Counted from the first letter of the stretch, positions 17,738 to 27,361 are shown. The stretch is 64,000 nucleotides of DNA from Clostridia bacterium (GCA_017399965.1 JAFQAP010000019.1:543-64542), one strand, 5' to 3'. Made by a program: numbers and translations. Notes: generated by a model from the letters alone, not told the origin.

Positions 17738-18627
17738 AATACCTCCGTTACGTACCCGTACACTCCGTTTTCCCGTTTTACCCTCGAAAGCAACCCAAAG
17801 CATCCTTTTTCCATAAGAATGCGTATGTGGGGCTTTGCTTCAAGCTCCTTTTTGTTTTCCGCGTGGCAGGAGCATATTAAAAACACTCCCGTTCCCGTGG
17901 AATGAACAAGCTCTTCCGTATCGGCGGGGGTTATTTCATCGCATATGATCACCTCGGGGGACATGGTGCGGGTCAGCATTTCCACGGCAATATGCTTCGG
18001 GCATCCGGAAAATACGTCTGCTATCCCTAAATTTGTGTCCGGAAGTATTATTTCCTCCCGTTCATCCGCAAACCCCACCTTGTACGGACGTATTCCTTCA
18101 CCCCGTGCCAGCATCAGCCCCACGGACCGAAGCAAGGTGGTTTTTCCCATTCCCGGCGGGGAGTATATAAGTGTCCCCTTCAAGCCTTCCTGCTTGTAGA
18201 TGTTTATTATCTTTCTTCCGTAATTTTCTATATTTCGGTGTACCCGCAGGGAAACAGAGGTTATTTCTTTAATCTTTTTCATTTTTCCCATTTCCGTAAC
18301 CCCGTCACCGCACACCCCCGCACGCCCGTATGGAATGGGTATATATCCACGGCGTATGCTGTCGTCATAAGAATAAACCGACCCTTTGCAAAGCAAAAAC
18401 ACACATTCTTCAAATTCTTTTTCGGTAACAGTCAAGGCTTTTTCAATACGGCATATTCTGCCGTTTTCATCGGGAAACAGGTTTTTCCCTCCTGCAAATA
18501 TGTTAAAAACACCGTTTTTACGAAGCCGTATCTCATCGGTTATCCTTTTGGTTTCATTTGGCATATTTTCCGCGGCTCTTTTTAATCTTGCAGGCAAAAA
18601 CGCAGTTATGCGGCGTAAACTTTCCAA
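17734..18627 (-). CDS. spoIIIAA: stage III sporulation protein AA (ATPase)
   Basis: TTG start, 297 aa. It has the N-terminal ...LPARLKRAAE...EIRLR motif and a Walker A motif (SPPGMGKTTLLRS). Confidence 0.85.
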   Translation of the reverse strand: MESLRRITAFLPARLKRAAENMPNETKRITDEIRLRKNGVFNIFAGGKNLFPDENGRICRIEKALTVTEKEFEECVFLLCKGSVYSYDDSIRRGYIPIPYGRAGVCGDGVTEMGKMKKIKEITSVSLRVHRNIENYGRKIINIYKQEGLKGTLIYSPPGMGKTTLLRSVGLMLARGEGIRPYKVGFADEREEIILPDTNLGIADVFSGCPKHIAVEMLTRTMSPEVIICDEITPADTEELVHSTGTGVFLICSCHAENKKELEAKPHIRILMEKGCFGLLSRVKRENGVYGYVTEVL

Positions 18628-20111
18628 AGCTTGTTACCGGCAAAATATACCGCCGCAGCAACACTTAAATAGGTAAGCGTTACGCATATGGCCATAGGAT
18701 AAATTCCCGTTATATAATCCTTTATGCCTCCTGCGGCAACTCCGCCGAGGGCACAGCATATAAGGGGAAAAACAATGCCTTTAAACAATTTAGGCGCGCT
18801 GCCCGCTTTTTTCTTCATGCGGTAAGCGCACATTACGTAAGAAAATACGTTGGATACCACCAAAAGCCATAAATATCCCTCCGCACCCGTACGGGATAAT
18901 ATGGTAAGCACCGCAATAATTCTTAAAGCTGAGTTTATAAGTCCCGTCATAAAGGTCCACATTTGCTCGCCTATACTTTTAAGCATACCGTCGGTAATGG
19001 TTTCTATATACATCATGGGAGTTACCGCCGCCAAGATCCGTATCGCCCGCGCCGCTTCGTCCGTGCGGTAAAAGGCAAGAGAAAATGTATCGGGAAACAA
19101 AAAGAACAGCCCTCCTGCACAGACAGAAAACATCCAGGCATAGGTAAGTATTTTGGAGGTGCGCTCTTTTAAGGCATCCTTGTTTTTGAGTGCTTTCAGG
19201 CGGGATATCTCCGGTACGGTTACGGAAATAAGGGCAGATAAAAAGGAAAAGGGGAAAAACAGCAAAGGTATTGCCATACCCCGTATAATTCCGAAATCGG
19301 AAAGCGCGCTTTCTCGGTTTCCGCCGTAAAGCATAAGCATTTTGGGTATAAGCACGCTTTCGCAGGTATGTAAAAGTCCCGTTACGCAGGCGCTTGCGGC
19401 AATGGGAAAGCATACTGAACGTATGTCTTTATCAAATTGTCTTTTGAATTCTGTGGGTAACGGGGATCTTTCTTTTTTAAAGACATACATCGCCCAAAGT
19501 ATTACTGTTGAGCATATTTCCCCTAAAGTAATTCCCAAAACCGTTCCCACGCAAAGAGAAACAGGGTCGCTTTTTCCTTTCATAAAGGTGCCCAGCAGTA
19601 TTACCGTAACGGATATTTTTATACTTTGCTCAAGCAAAGAGGCAATAGACGGCTTTAACGGCTGTGTTACCGCAAAGAACCAGCCTTTGTAGCAGGCGGC
19701 AACCGCCATAAAGGGCATAGACAGGGAGAGTATCCGCAAGGGCAGGGCGGTGTAGACATCGCCTATAAACCGCAAAGCGGTAAAGTCTGCCCCGAAAAAC
19801 ATTATTGTTCCCGCAGGAATACTTACAAATAAGGAAAGTCTTATAGCTCTGCGAAGCAAAAGCGTTGCCCCGCTTTTTCCGTCGGTTATAAGCTTTTCGG
19901 ATGCCAGACCCGAAACGGTTACTGTAAGTCCCGCCGTGGCAAAGGTGGTGAATAATCCGTACACCGACATTACGAGCTGGTAAAGCCCCATTCCTTCCGT
20001 GCCGATACGGGCGGTAAGATAAAGGCGGAACAGCATTCCCAAAAATTTAACGGTAAGAGAAAAGGCGGTGATCGCCAATGCGCTTTGTAAAAGACTGTTT
20101 TTTCTGTGCAA
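18606..20111 (-). CDS. spoVB: MOP/MurJ-superfamily flippase, SpoVB-like (stage V sporulation protein B candidate)
   Basis: 501 aa with about 14 TM spans. The N-terminus ...LTVKFLGMLFRLYLTARIGTEGMGLYQLVMSVY is typical of SpoVB/polysaccharide-biosynthesis flippases. It overlaps spoIIIAA by 22 nt. Confidence 0.6.
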   Translation of the reverse strand: MHRKNSLLQSALAITAFSLTVKFLGMLFRLYLTARIGTEGMGLYQLVMSVYGLFTTFATAGLTVTVSGLASEKLITDGKSGATLLLRRAIRLSLFVSIPAGTIMFFGADFTALRFIGDVYTALPLRILSLSMPFMAVAACYKGWFFAVTQPLKPSIASLLEQSIKISVTVILLGTFMKGKSDPVSLCVGTVLGITLGEICSTVILWAMYVFKKERSPLPTEFKRQFDKDIRSVCFPIAASACVTGLLHTCESVLIPKMLMLYGGNRESALSDFGIIRGMAIPLLFFPFSFLSALISVTVPEISRLKALKNKDALKERTSKILTYAWMFSVCAGGLFFLFPDTFSLAFYRTDEAARAIRILAAVTPMMYIETITDGMLKSIGEQMWTFMTGLINSALRIIAVLTILSRTGAEGYLWLLVVSNVFSYVMCAYRMKKKAGSAPKLFKGIVFPLICCALGGVAAGGIKDYITGIYPMAICVTLTYLSVAAAVYFAGNKLWKVYAA

Positions 20112-20165
20112 CGGCTTTTCCCCCTTTCTTTAACAAATATTATGCATTAGTTTACAATTTAATTC

Positions 20166-20194
20166 TTGAAATACGGTTCGGTTTGTAGTATAAT
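20166..20194 (+). promoter_or_regulatory. sigma-A type promoter
   Basis: TTGAAA (20166-20171), a 17-nt spacer, then TATAAT (20189-20194). An AAAGGAG RBS precedes the ATG at 20225. Confidence 0.6.
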
Positions 20195-20224
20195 CCACCT
20201 TAACTACCGAAAGGAGCCCGGTAC

Positions 20225-21322
20225 ATGAAGAAAATCCTTGCAATTATTATCAGTCTTGTTTTATTAACGTCCATTCTCGCCATACCCGTATACGCATACA
20301 CTTTGGACGACGGCGCAGGCAACGTAACAGAAAACGGCGAAGAGCCTGACGAAAAGCTTGCGGTGGAGGGAGATTACCTTAATCTCACCGGTGGAAACCA
20401 CAATTTAAGGGGAAGCATCGGCGGAGATCTGCTGGGATTTTTCACTTCTCTCACTGTGAAGGATGCGGTTATCGGAGGCAGTATGCGGTTTTTCTCTTTT
20501 GAAACTGTTTTGGATGATCTGACGTGCCGTAACCTTACCTTTGCGGGAACGGATGCAAATATCGGTAAAAACGTAAAGGTAAACGCCGTATATGCCGTTA
20601 CCAGCGGCACCTTTGTTTTCGAGGGAAGCTGCGATACCCTTGTGGTTTACGCTCAGAAAGTAGTTATAAAGGGTACCGTTAACGATAATGCAGAGATTTA
20701 TTCGGATGACGTAAGCTTTGCTTCGGATTGCACCGTTAATAATGTGGTTGTGGAATCTGTTTCCGCGCCTTATCTTAACGATACCGACGGATATTCCGAC
20801 GCTACGGATCATTTTGAATCTCTCACCTGGAATAAGGTAAACGTGTGGAGAGATACTTTTGTAAAGCTGCCTTCCGTTATCATATATGCCCTTACCGGTG
20901 CGCTTATAATACAGTTTATTTTCGGCAAGCATGCCCGCCGCACCGCAGAGGTGCTCAAAGCTCATCCCGTACGCTTCTCCTTTTCAGGCGTGCTGTATCT
21001 TATCTCCATTCCCGGCTTTGCCGCGTTTATGCTGATATTCAGCAGAGAAATATCAGCCGCTTTGCTGTTTTTGTATATGGCGCTTATCAGCGTTTCCCAG
21101 CTTTTTGCGGGAAGCGTGCTTGGTGCCCGTATATTCCCCACGATGAACCGCTTCCTTTCCGCAGTTATCGCAACCACCACGATTGCAATAATCTGCGCGC
21201 TTCCATACGTCGGCGGCGTGGCGATCATACTCTCTCTTATCGTAGCCTTTGGATTTTTTGCGGTTACTGTTTTTTCAAAAAGAACAGACAAACAGATGCC
21301 CACCTCCGAAACAAATGAATAA
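20225..21322 (+). CDS. hypothetical membrane protein (signal peptide, beta-rich extracytoplasmic region, C-terminal polytopic TM domain)
   Basis: 365 aa with a signal-like N-terminus. The repetitive V/G/T-rich segment resembles polymer-forming/beta-helix proteins. Four to five TM helices lie in the last 150 aa. Confidence 0.45.
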   Translation: MKKILAIIISLVLLTSILAIPVYAYTLDDGAGNVTENGEEPDEKLAVEGDYLNLTGGNHNLRGSIGGDLLGFFTSLTVKDAVIGGSMRFFSFETVLDDLTCRNLTFAGTDANIGKNVKVNAVYAVTSGTFVFEGSCDTLVVYAQKVVIKGTVNDNAEIYSDDVSFASDCTVNNVVVESVSAPYLNDTDGYSDATDHFESLTWNKVNVWRDTFVKLPSVIIYALTGALIIQFIFGKHARRTAEVLKAHPVRFSFSGVLYLISIPGFAAFMLIFSREISAALLFLYMALISVSQLFAGSVLGARIFPTMNRFLSAVIATTTIAIICALPYVGGVAIILSLIVAFGFFAVTVFSKRTDKQMPTSETNE

Positions 21323-21334
21323 CAAATAAAAAAT

Positions 21335-21382
21335 GAGCAAGGAAAAGTTCAAAACTTTTTTCCTTGCTCTTTTTGTTTTTTT
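21335..21382. terminator. bidirectional terminator between the membrane-protein gene and pepT
   Basis: GAGCAAGGAAAA-loop-TTTTCCTTGCTC hairpin, with an A-run upstream and a T-run downstream. Confidence 0.7.
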
Positions 21383-21398
21383 ATGCGATGGTATTTTT

Positions 21399-22607
21399 TT
21401 ATTTTGCCGTGTTGGTAATGATCTTTTTAATAATTTCCGCGGTTTTTTCCATATCCTCTGCGCAGGCAAATTCAAATCTGCCGTGAAAGTTTCCTCCGCC
21501 GGTGCAGATATTGGGGCAGGGCAGTCCTTCAAAGGAAAGCCGTGCGCCGTCGGTACCGCCTCGTATAGCGATGATCTCCGGTTCAACGCCGCATTCCCGC
21601 ATTGCTTTTTCCGCATCCTCTATAATATGGAAATGAGGAAGTATCATTTCCTTCATATTTCTGTAGCTGTCGGTAATATCCACCTTTACGGAATTTTCGT
21701 ATTTTACGTTCATATATTCCGCGGCGGCGGTCATAACCGCTTTTTTCTGTTCAAGCTTTTGCGCATCGTGATCGCGGATAATAAAATCCATTACCGTTTT
21801 TTCCACGTCGCCGTGTATATCGTTAAGATGAATAAATCCCTCGTATCCTTCGGTGTTTTCGGGTCTGTCAAAAACGGGAAGCATGGAATGGTATTCCATT
21901 GCCAGCAAAATAGAATTTATCATTTTGCCCTTTGCGCTTCCGGGATGAATGTTTCTTCCCGTTACCGTTACCGTAGCGTGGGAAGCGTTAAAGCATTCGT
22001 ATTCAATTTCGCCCAAAGCACTGCCGTCAACGGTATATGCCCAGTCGGCACCGAATCCCTTTACGTCAAAAAGATCCGCACCTGCGCCTATCTCCTCATC
22101 GGGAGTAAAGGCAATTCTTATCTTGCCGTGTTCTTCACCGCTTGAAATAAGCATTTCCACAGCGGTAAGGATATCTGCAATTCCCGCCTTATCGTCTGCC
22201 CCCAAAAGAGTGTTTCCGTCGGTTACTATAAGAGTCTTTCCCTTGTAGCCTTCAAGGAAGGGGAATTCGGATATCTTCATGACCGTGTCTTCGTTAAGCG
22301 GAATATCCTTTCCGTCGTAATCTTCGATAACACGGGGATTAACGGGGAAATCCGGCGCATCGGGCGAGGTGTCCAGATGGGCAATAAAGCCAATTACGGG
22401 CAGGTCTTTTTGTGTATTTGCCTCCAATGTTGCGTAAACGTAGCAATTTTTATCCACGGTTACATCGGTAAGCCCCATTTCACGCATTTCTTCGGCAAGA
22501 TAATTTGCAAGCGCAAACTGCTTTTCGGTAGAAGGGCAGGTGTTTGCCCTTTCATCGGATGCGGTGGGGAAGGCGGCGTATTTAAGTAATCTTTTGTATG
22601 CTTTCAT
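21399..22607 (-). CDS. pepT: peptidase T (tripeptide aminopeptidase, M20B)
   Basis: 402 aa. MKAYKRLLKYAAFPTASDE...IGFIAHLDTSPD...GADDKAGIA matches PepT hallmark regions. Confidence 0.9.
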   Translation of the reverse strand: MKAYKRLLKYAAFPTASDERANTCPSTEKQFALANYLAEEMREMGLTDVTVDKNCYVYATLEANTQKDLPVIGFIAHLDTSPDAPDFPVNPRVIEDYDGKDIPLNEDTVMKISEFPFLEGYKGKTLIVTDGNTLLGADDKAGIADILTAVEMLISSGEEHGKIRIAFTPDEEIGAGADLFDVKGFGADWAYTVDGSALGEIEYECFNASHATVTVTGRNIHPGSAKGKMINSILLAMEYHSMLPVFDRPENTEGYEGFIHLNDIHGDVEKTVMDFIIRDHDAQKLEQKKAVMTAAAEYMNVKYENSVKVDITDSYRNMKEMILPHFHIIEDAEKAMRECGVEPEIIAIRGGTDGARLSFEGLPCPNICTGGGNFHGRFEFACAEDMEKTAEIIKKIITNTAK

Positions 22608-22610
22608 TTT

Positions 22611-23783
22611 TTACTCCTTTACGGTATAAGACCCGAGATAGATCCGTTTAATTCGTATATAATCGTTTGCATCGATTTCGCCGTTTTGGTTAAGGTCTGC
22701 CACGGCTTTTTGTGTTGCATTGGCGTTGTAGGTTCCCAAAACCATACGTCTGCATATAAGGTAATCCGCAGTATCCACCCGTCCGTTTCCGTTTATATCT
22801 CCCGTTACGCCGGTTTTTGAATATTTGCTCTGAATAAAATCTCCCAAAGCCTTTGCGTACAGGGTGTATCCCTTTGTGTTGGGGTGGGTTCCGTCGGTAT
22901 TTATAAGGGAATAAAGGTCTTTGCCTGCAAATTCTGCGGCAAGGTCGAAATAATATACTCCGTATTCCTTTGCTACTCCCGCCATTATATCCGTATATTT
23001 GGAAACAAGGGCGTTTATGCCGCCGTCTTTTATATAATCCTCACCGGGGTGTAAAGGATTTGCGTTGAAATATTCTTCTATAACCAAATTGGGTGAAAAC
23101 AAAATAACATCGCTTCCCGCACTTTTTAACGAGTTAACATAATACACGAGATTTTCTCTGTATCTTTCCAAAGAAACACGGGATGCTTTTCTGTCTATCT
23201 TCACCGCATCGTTGTACGCAAAGCAAATTAAGGTGATATCCGGATTTTTCGCCAGCACGTCTGTTTTAAATCTTTCTCTGGAAGTTTCCGTGGTGGTGCC
23301 GCCGACACCCGCGTTTATAAAGAGTGCGCCGAACCGTGCGGAAAGCTGTTTTTCCCAAATTCCGTTTGCTGTAAGACTGTCCCCGAAGCAGACCACTGTC
23401 TTGCCCGATATGGGCGATACCACGTCTGTGTAAACAAATATAACCACCGGGGAATAATGCATTTTTCCGTTTATGCAGGCGCCTACACAAACTCGGTAAG
23501 AGCCCTGCCCGTAAACGTCCATTACCTTTTTTTCCAAGGTGAAGGATGTGTTTTCGGTTTTAACTGCATCATATGCCAAAGGGCCCGAATCGCTGTTTTG
23601 AATGTATCTTACGTTTACCGTGTAATATTCTGCGGTTTCTATTTTATCCCAGTATATTTCCATATCCCCGTTGACCGTCTGTCCGTCGGATATTCCCTTG
23701 ATCGCGGGACTTTGTGCAGATACACCGGGGGAAAAAGACAAAACAAGCAATAAACACAGTACAGCACATACGATTTTTTTCAC
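22611..23783 (-). CDS. secreted SGNH/GDSL-family hydrolase with C-terminal dockerin
   Basis: Signal peptide and the GDSL block (VVCFGDSLTANG). The C-terminal dockerin reads GDINGNGRVDTADYLICRR...DLNQNGEIDANDYIRIKR. Confidence 0.7.
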   Translation of the reverse strand: MKKIVCAVLCLLLVLSFSPGVSAQSPAIKGISDGQTVNGDMEIYWDKIETAEYYTVNVRYIQNSDSGPLAYDAVKTENTSFTLEKKVMDVYGQGSYRVCVGACINGKMHYSPVVIFVYTDVVSPISGKTVVCFGDSLTANGIWEKQLSARFGALFINAGVGGTTTETSRERFKTDVLAKNPDITLICFAYNDAVKIDRKASRVSLERYRENLVYYVNSLKSAGSDVILFSPNLVIEEYFNANPLHPGEDYIKDGGINALVSKYTDIMAGVAKEYGVYYFDLAAEFAGKDLYSLINTDGTHPNTKGYTLYAKALGDFIQSKYSKTGVTGDINGNGRVDTADYLICRRMVLGTYNANATQKAVADLNQNGEIDANDYIRIKRIYLGSYTVKE

Positions 23784-23970
23784 AGTAATTTCACCTCGCT
23801 GCTCTTATTCTACCACATTTCCTCCGCCATTTCAACACGGCTGTAAAAAATATAAACTTTGTGTTTATAAAAACGTTTGGCTAAACCTACCGTTGATTTT
23901 TTAAAGCTTGCGATGTATTATATAAGCATAAAACGAATAAAAGTGCGGTTTTTTCGCAACTGTGCGGTTA

Positions 23971-23999
23971 TTGAAAAACGTGTGGGTGCGTGGTAATAT
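23971..23999 (+). promoter_or_regulatory. sigma-A type promoter of the HTH-GIN gene
   Basis: TTGAAA (23971-23976), a 17-nt spacer, then TAATAT (23994-23999). Confidence 0.55.
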
Positions 24000-24037
24000 A
24001 TTCTTGCGCGCTTAAAAAGTATTAAAGGAGTATTTTT

Positions 24038-25318
24038 ATGGCAAACAACGGAATAAAAAATTTCGGCAAAAGACTTGCCCAAATGCGCCGCGCAAAGGGC
24101 ATGACACAAAACGAACTGGCAGAAAAGCTTTCCATAACTCCGCAGGCTATCTCCAAATGGGAGCGGGAGGAAGGACTTCCCGATGTAACATTGTTTCCCG
24201 AAATAGCATCCGTTTTGGGCGTTTCGGTGGGAGAACTGTTCGGCGAAAAGACAGAAAAAGAAGATGCTGTAAGCGAATATTACGAAGGTCTGGCTCTGGT
24301 GGGAATATCGGGCAATCTCCTGTGCTATTCCGATAAAAAAGCGGAGCACAGCGATGATATACGTGTCACTTTCAGCGACGGAAGCTACGCGGATTTTTCG
24401 GATAATCTGGTAATAAACTGCGGCCCGGGGGAAATACGTATTATCGAGCGGGAGAAAGACGATGTGCGTGAATATTCCGAAATCGGCGAAACCGTGCTTG
24501 ATAAGGAGTTTACCCCGTTTTCATCTTTGGAAATATCCAATAACTACCCTTGTGATATAGAGATACGTCCTTCGCGGGACGGTTCTTACGGTATGCATGC
24601 CGAGGGAAGCGCAAAATTCATCTCACTTATCGACTCCTCCTTTACTGCCGACGGCGTACTGCGCGTTCAGGTAAAGAGCGCAAACGGAAATAACGGACGG
24701 AACACAAAAAATATACTTGTTATATACGCAGGATTTGAAAAAGGAGAAGGCTTAAGCTGTCATATAAACGGCTCCGGCTCTTTTAAAACCGATTTTACCT
24801 TTGAAAGAGGTACTATGCATATAAACGGCTCGGGCGATATAAGCATAGGTGATTTGGGAGAATGGCTCAGCGTGGTAATAAACGGCTCCGGCGACGTTAA
24901 TGCAGGTAATGTGCAAACCAATACCGTGCTTCAGATAAACGGATCGGGTGATATAACCTGCGGAAGCTTTGGCGAAATGCTGTCTGCCCAGATAAACGGT
25001 TCGGGAGATATTTCGGGTGCACGTGCAGGTACGGCAAATCTGCGTATTGCAGGCAGCGGAGATATAAATATAAACGAACTGACCCGCGCTTTAGGCGCAA
25101 ATATTACGGGAAGCGGAGATATAACCTGCGGAGGAAGCATAGCTATGCTGGAGCTTTGCATAACCGGCGCAGGCGAATTACACGGAGAAGATCTCACGGC
25201 AAAAGAAGCGGATATAACCTTAAAGGGCACCTCGGGCGCCGCTATCGGCAGAATTATCGGCAGGTCCGCAGAGCGTATCGCAAAGACCGCAACACTCAAC
25301 GTAATAAAAAGAGGATAA
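24038..25318 (+). CDS. XRE-family HTH domain fused to a GIN/DUF2807-like beta-helix repeat domain
   Basis: N-terminus ...MTQNELAEKLSITPQAISKWEREEGLPD (HTH_3). The C-terminal half has about 8 repeats of INGSGDI/ITGSGDI at roughly 20-residue spacing. No TM segment seen. Confidence 0.7.
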   Translation: MANNGIKNFGKRLAQMRRAKGMTQNELAEKLSITPQAISKWEREEGLPDVTLFPEIASVLGVSVGELFGEKTEKEDAVSEYYEGLALVGISGNLLCYSDKKAEHSDDIRVTFSDGSYADFSDNLVINCGPGEIRIIEREKDDVREYSEIGETVLDKEFTPFSSLEISNNYPCDIEIRPSRDGSYGMHAEGSAKFISLIDSSFTADGVLRVQVKSANGNNGRNTKNILVIYAGFEKGEGLSCHINGSGSFKTDFTFERGTMHINGSGDISIGDLGEWLSVVINGSGDVNAGNVQTNTVLQINGSGDITCGSFGEMLSAQINGSGDISGARAGTANLRIAGSGDININELTRALGANITGSGDITCGGSIAMLELCITGAGELHGEDLTAKEADITLKGTSGAAIGRIIGRSAERIAKTATLNVIKRG

Positions 25319-25329
25319 TAAAACGAAGA

Positions 25330-25360
25330 AGAACACCGCGGATTTTCACGGTGTTCTTTG
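25330..25360 (+). terminator. rho-independent terminator
   Basis: AGAACACCG-loop-CGGTGTTCT followed by TTGTTG. Confidence 0.6.
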
Positions 25361-25364
25361 TTGT

Positions 25365-25445
25365 CGGGGTCTCCGAGAAGCCGCAAGGCTTCTTGGGGTG
25401 ATTGTAAGAATCACCGGGACTCCGTAAGGAGTCTCGGGGTGATTG
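25365..25445. repeat. two copies of hairpin repeat family R1 (opposite orientation to the 8366 copies)
   Basis: CGGGGTCTCCGAGAAGCC-GCAA-GGCTTCTTGGGGTGATT is the near reverse complement of 8378-8416. The second unit is CCGGGACTCC-GTAA-GGAGTCTCGGGGTGATT. Confidence 0.8.
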
Positions 25446-25504
25446 CTGATGGTACAAAGCAGCTGATAGGTTTTTGAAGCAATTATTTAAGATCTTTATA
25501 CTTT

Positions 25505-26122
25505 TCAGCAGCCAAGAAGTATATTTCGAATATTGGCGTTTATTTCGGATTCATCAAGCCCTTTTTGTATCAAAGGCTGAATTGCCTCGCGGCTTTCTCT
25601 TGTATGAGGAAGTTCGGAAGCGAGAGCATTAGCTTTATCGGTTTTTCCGCACTTCAGATATAAAAAGCAAAGCGCGGCACGCATTGTTGCTTTTTGCTTC
25701 TCGTTAACAGACATAGGCAATCCACGCTCTGTTAATTCGATCGCTTCCTCGGATTTGTTCTGCAAAGCCAACACTCCCGCAAGGCCCAGAATCATGCCGG
25801 GTTTGTTTGGATATATCAGCAATGCATCTCTATATACTTTCTCTGCGGAAACGTAATCACCGTCACGTTGAAATTCTGAAGCTTTTTTATGAATATTGTA
25901 GCGTGTCTCTTGCGCTCGTATCGTATCCATACCTATAAGCAGATCTATACTTGTTTCAAATATATTTGCCAATGCGGGCAGAAACGTTATATCGGGATAA
26001 CATTCACCGCGTTCCCATTTTGAAATGCTTTGGGGGGTCAACCCTAAATATTCCGCAACATCTTCTTGAGTAAGGTTTTTCATAATGCGGTATTTTTTTA
26101 AATTTTCCGATAAATAAAACAT
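25505..26122 (-). CDS. XRE-family HTH plus TPR-repeat transcriptional regulator
   Basis: The N-terminus ...LTQEDVAEYLGLTPQSISKWERGECYPD is an HTH. The remaining 130 aa or so have TPR-like A/Y/L periodicity. Confidence 0.65.
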   Translation of the reverse strand: MFYLSENLKKYRIMKNLTQEDVAEYLGLTPQSISKWERGECYPDITFLPALANIFETSIDLLIGMDTIRAQETRYNIHKKASEFQRDGDYVSAEKVYRDALLIYPNKPGMILGLAGVLALQNKSEEAIELTERGLPMSVNEKQKATMRAALCFLYLKCGKTDKANALASELPHTRESREAIQPLIQKGLDESEINANIRNILLGC

Positions 26123-26249
26123 TATTATCTCCTTTGCTTACTTTTGATCGGCTTCGAAGCGATGTTATTATATCATAGGAACAGATCCGATGCAATGACG
26201 CATTGGTTGTTATTGATTCAACCTCGTAATTGCGGTTGCTTTATTTTTA

Positions 26250-26278
26250 TTGCAAAACGGGTTTTGGTTTGCTATAAT
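26250..26278 (+). promoter_or_regulatory. promoter of DUF4434 paralog 1
   Basis: TTGCAA (26250-26255), a 17-nt spacer ending in TGC, then TATAAT (26273-26278). Confidence 0.6.
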
Positions 26279-26307
26279 AGCTTCAAACTCAAAAGGCGGT
26301 ACTGTAT

Positions 26308-27270
26308 ATGAAAATGATAAAAGGCACTTGGTTTGAATTCAGACATCATAACGTCAAAGAAGGTGATTACTGGAATCCCGTTTGCCGTAAATTTACGGAA
26401 GAGCAGTGGCGGGCAAAAATAAAGGAAATGCATGATATCGGTATGGAATACCTTGTGCTTTTGTGTTCCTCTCTTGTATATACGGATTATGCGGAAGCAT
26501 ATTTTGAAACTGATATTTATCCGTTCCCCGAAGATATGGTGTGCAAGGATCCTATTGCCGTTCTTTTGGACGAATGCGATAAACGGGATATGAAGGTATT
26601 TATGTCCTGCGGGTACTACGGACCCTGCACCAACGCATATAAGAATATGGTTTCGCCCGAAGTTACAGCCCTCGCCTTTAAAGCAATGAAGCAGCTGTGG
26701 GAAAAATTCGGTTTTCACAAAAGCTTTTACGGCTGGTATTATCCCGATGAAACGGGAGCAGACGGATATTTCCACGAAGATTTTATTTCCTACGTAAACA
26801 CATACGGAGCTTATATTCGCAAAATTGCTCCCTGCACAAAAACTCTCATCGCCCCTTACGGTACGCGGAAGATAATTGCGGACGAAAAATATATAGACCA
26901 GCTTAAAGCCTTGGACGTGGATTTCATAGCGTATCAGGACGAGGTTGGCGTACGCAAATCCACTCCCGAGGAAACGGGAGCATACTTTAAATCGCTCCGC
27001 GAAGCCCACGATAAAGCGGGGAAAAGCGCTCTTTGGGCAGACGTAGAGCTGTTCGATTTCGAAGGGGAAGTATACCGAAGCCCGCTTATCCCTTCGGATA
27101 TGGATAGGGTGGAAAAGCAGCTGAAAGCCGTTTCCCCTTATGTTGACGTTATACTTTGTTATCAATATTTGGGTATGCTTAACGAGCCTTCAACCATCGC
27201 ATATTGCGGACATCCAGATTCCTTGAAGTTTTACGAGGATCTCAAGGTCTTTAAAGAGAAATACGAATAA
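26308..27270 (+). CDS. DUF4434-like (glycoside-hydrolase-like TIM barrel) protein, paralog 1
   Basis: 320 aa. The N-terminal pattern GTWFEF.HHN...YWN....F.EEQW...I.EMH.IGMEYLVL resembles the DUF4434 signature. Family call is by memory only. Confidence 0.5.
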   Translation: MKMIKGTWFEFRHHNVKEGDYWNPVCRKFTEEQWRAKIKEMHDIGMEYLVLLCSSLVYTDYAEAYFETDIYPFPEDMVCKDPIAVLLDECDKRDMKVFMSCGYYGPCTNAYKNMVSPEVTALAFKAMKQLWEKFGFHKSFYGWYYPDETGADGYFHEDFISYVNTYGAYIRKIAPCTKTLIAPYGTRKIIADEKYIDQLKALDVDFIAYQDEVGVRKSTPEETGAYFKSLREAHDKAGKSALWADVELFDFEGEVYRSPLIPSDMDRVEKQLKAVSPYVDVILCYQYLGMLNEPSTIAYCGHPDSLKFYEDLKVFKEKYE

Positions 27271-27300
27271 TTATATAAATTCATTTTTTTCATTTATCTC

Positions 27301-27329
27301 TTGCAAAATTTTACTTAATTTGCTATAAT
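27301..27329 (+). promoter_or_regulatory. promoter of DUF4434 paralog 2 (duplicated with the gene)
   Basis: TTGCAA (27301-27306), a 17-nt spacer ending in TGC, then TATAAT (27324-27329). The architecture is the same as at 26250. Confidence 0.6.
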
Positions 27330-27361
27330 TATACCAAATGTGAAAGGCGGTAATATAATAT

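Noticed and set aside
25446-26122. RNPP-type quorum-sensing cassette (HTH-TPR regulator plus a downstream signalling-peptide gene)
   Set aside because: The regulator is short (205 aa). The roughly 60 nt downstream of its stop on the minus strand contain no start codon or small ORF before the R1 repeats. No peptide gene is evident.
24038-26122. Toxin-antitoxin or defence module formed by the two XRE-HTH genes
   Set aside because: The genes are convergent rather than co-transcribed. Neither has a small partner ORF or any nuclease/toxin-like domain.
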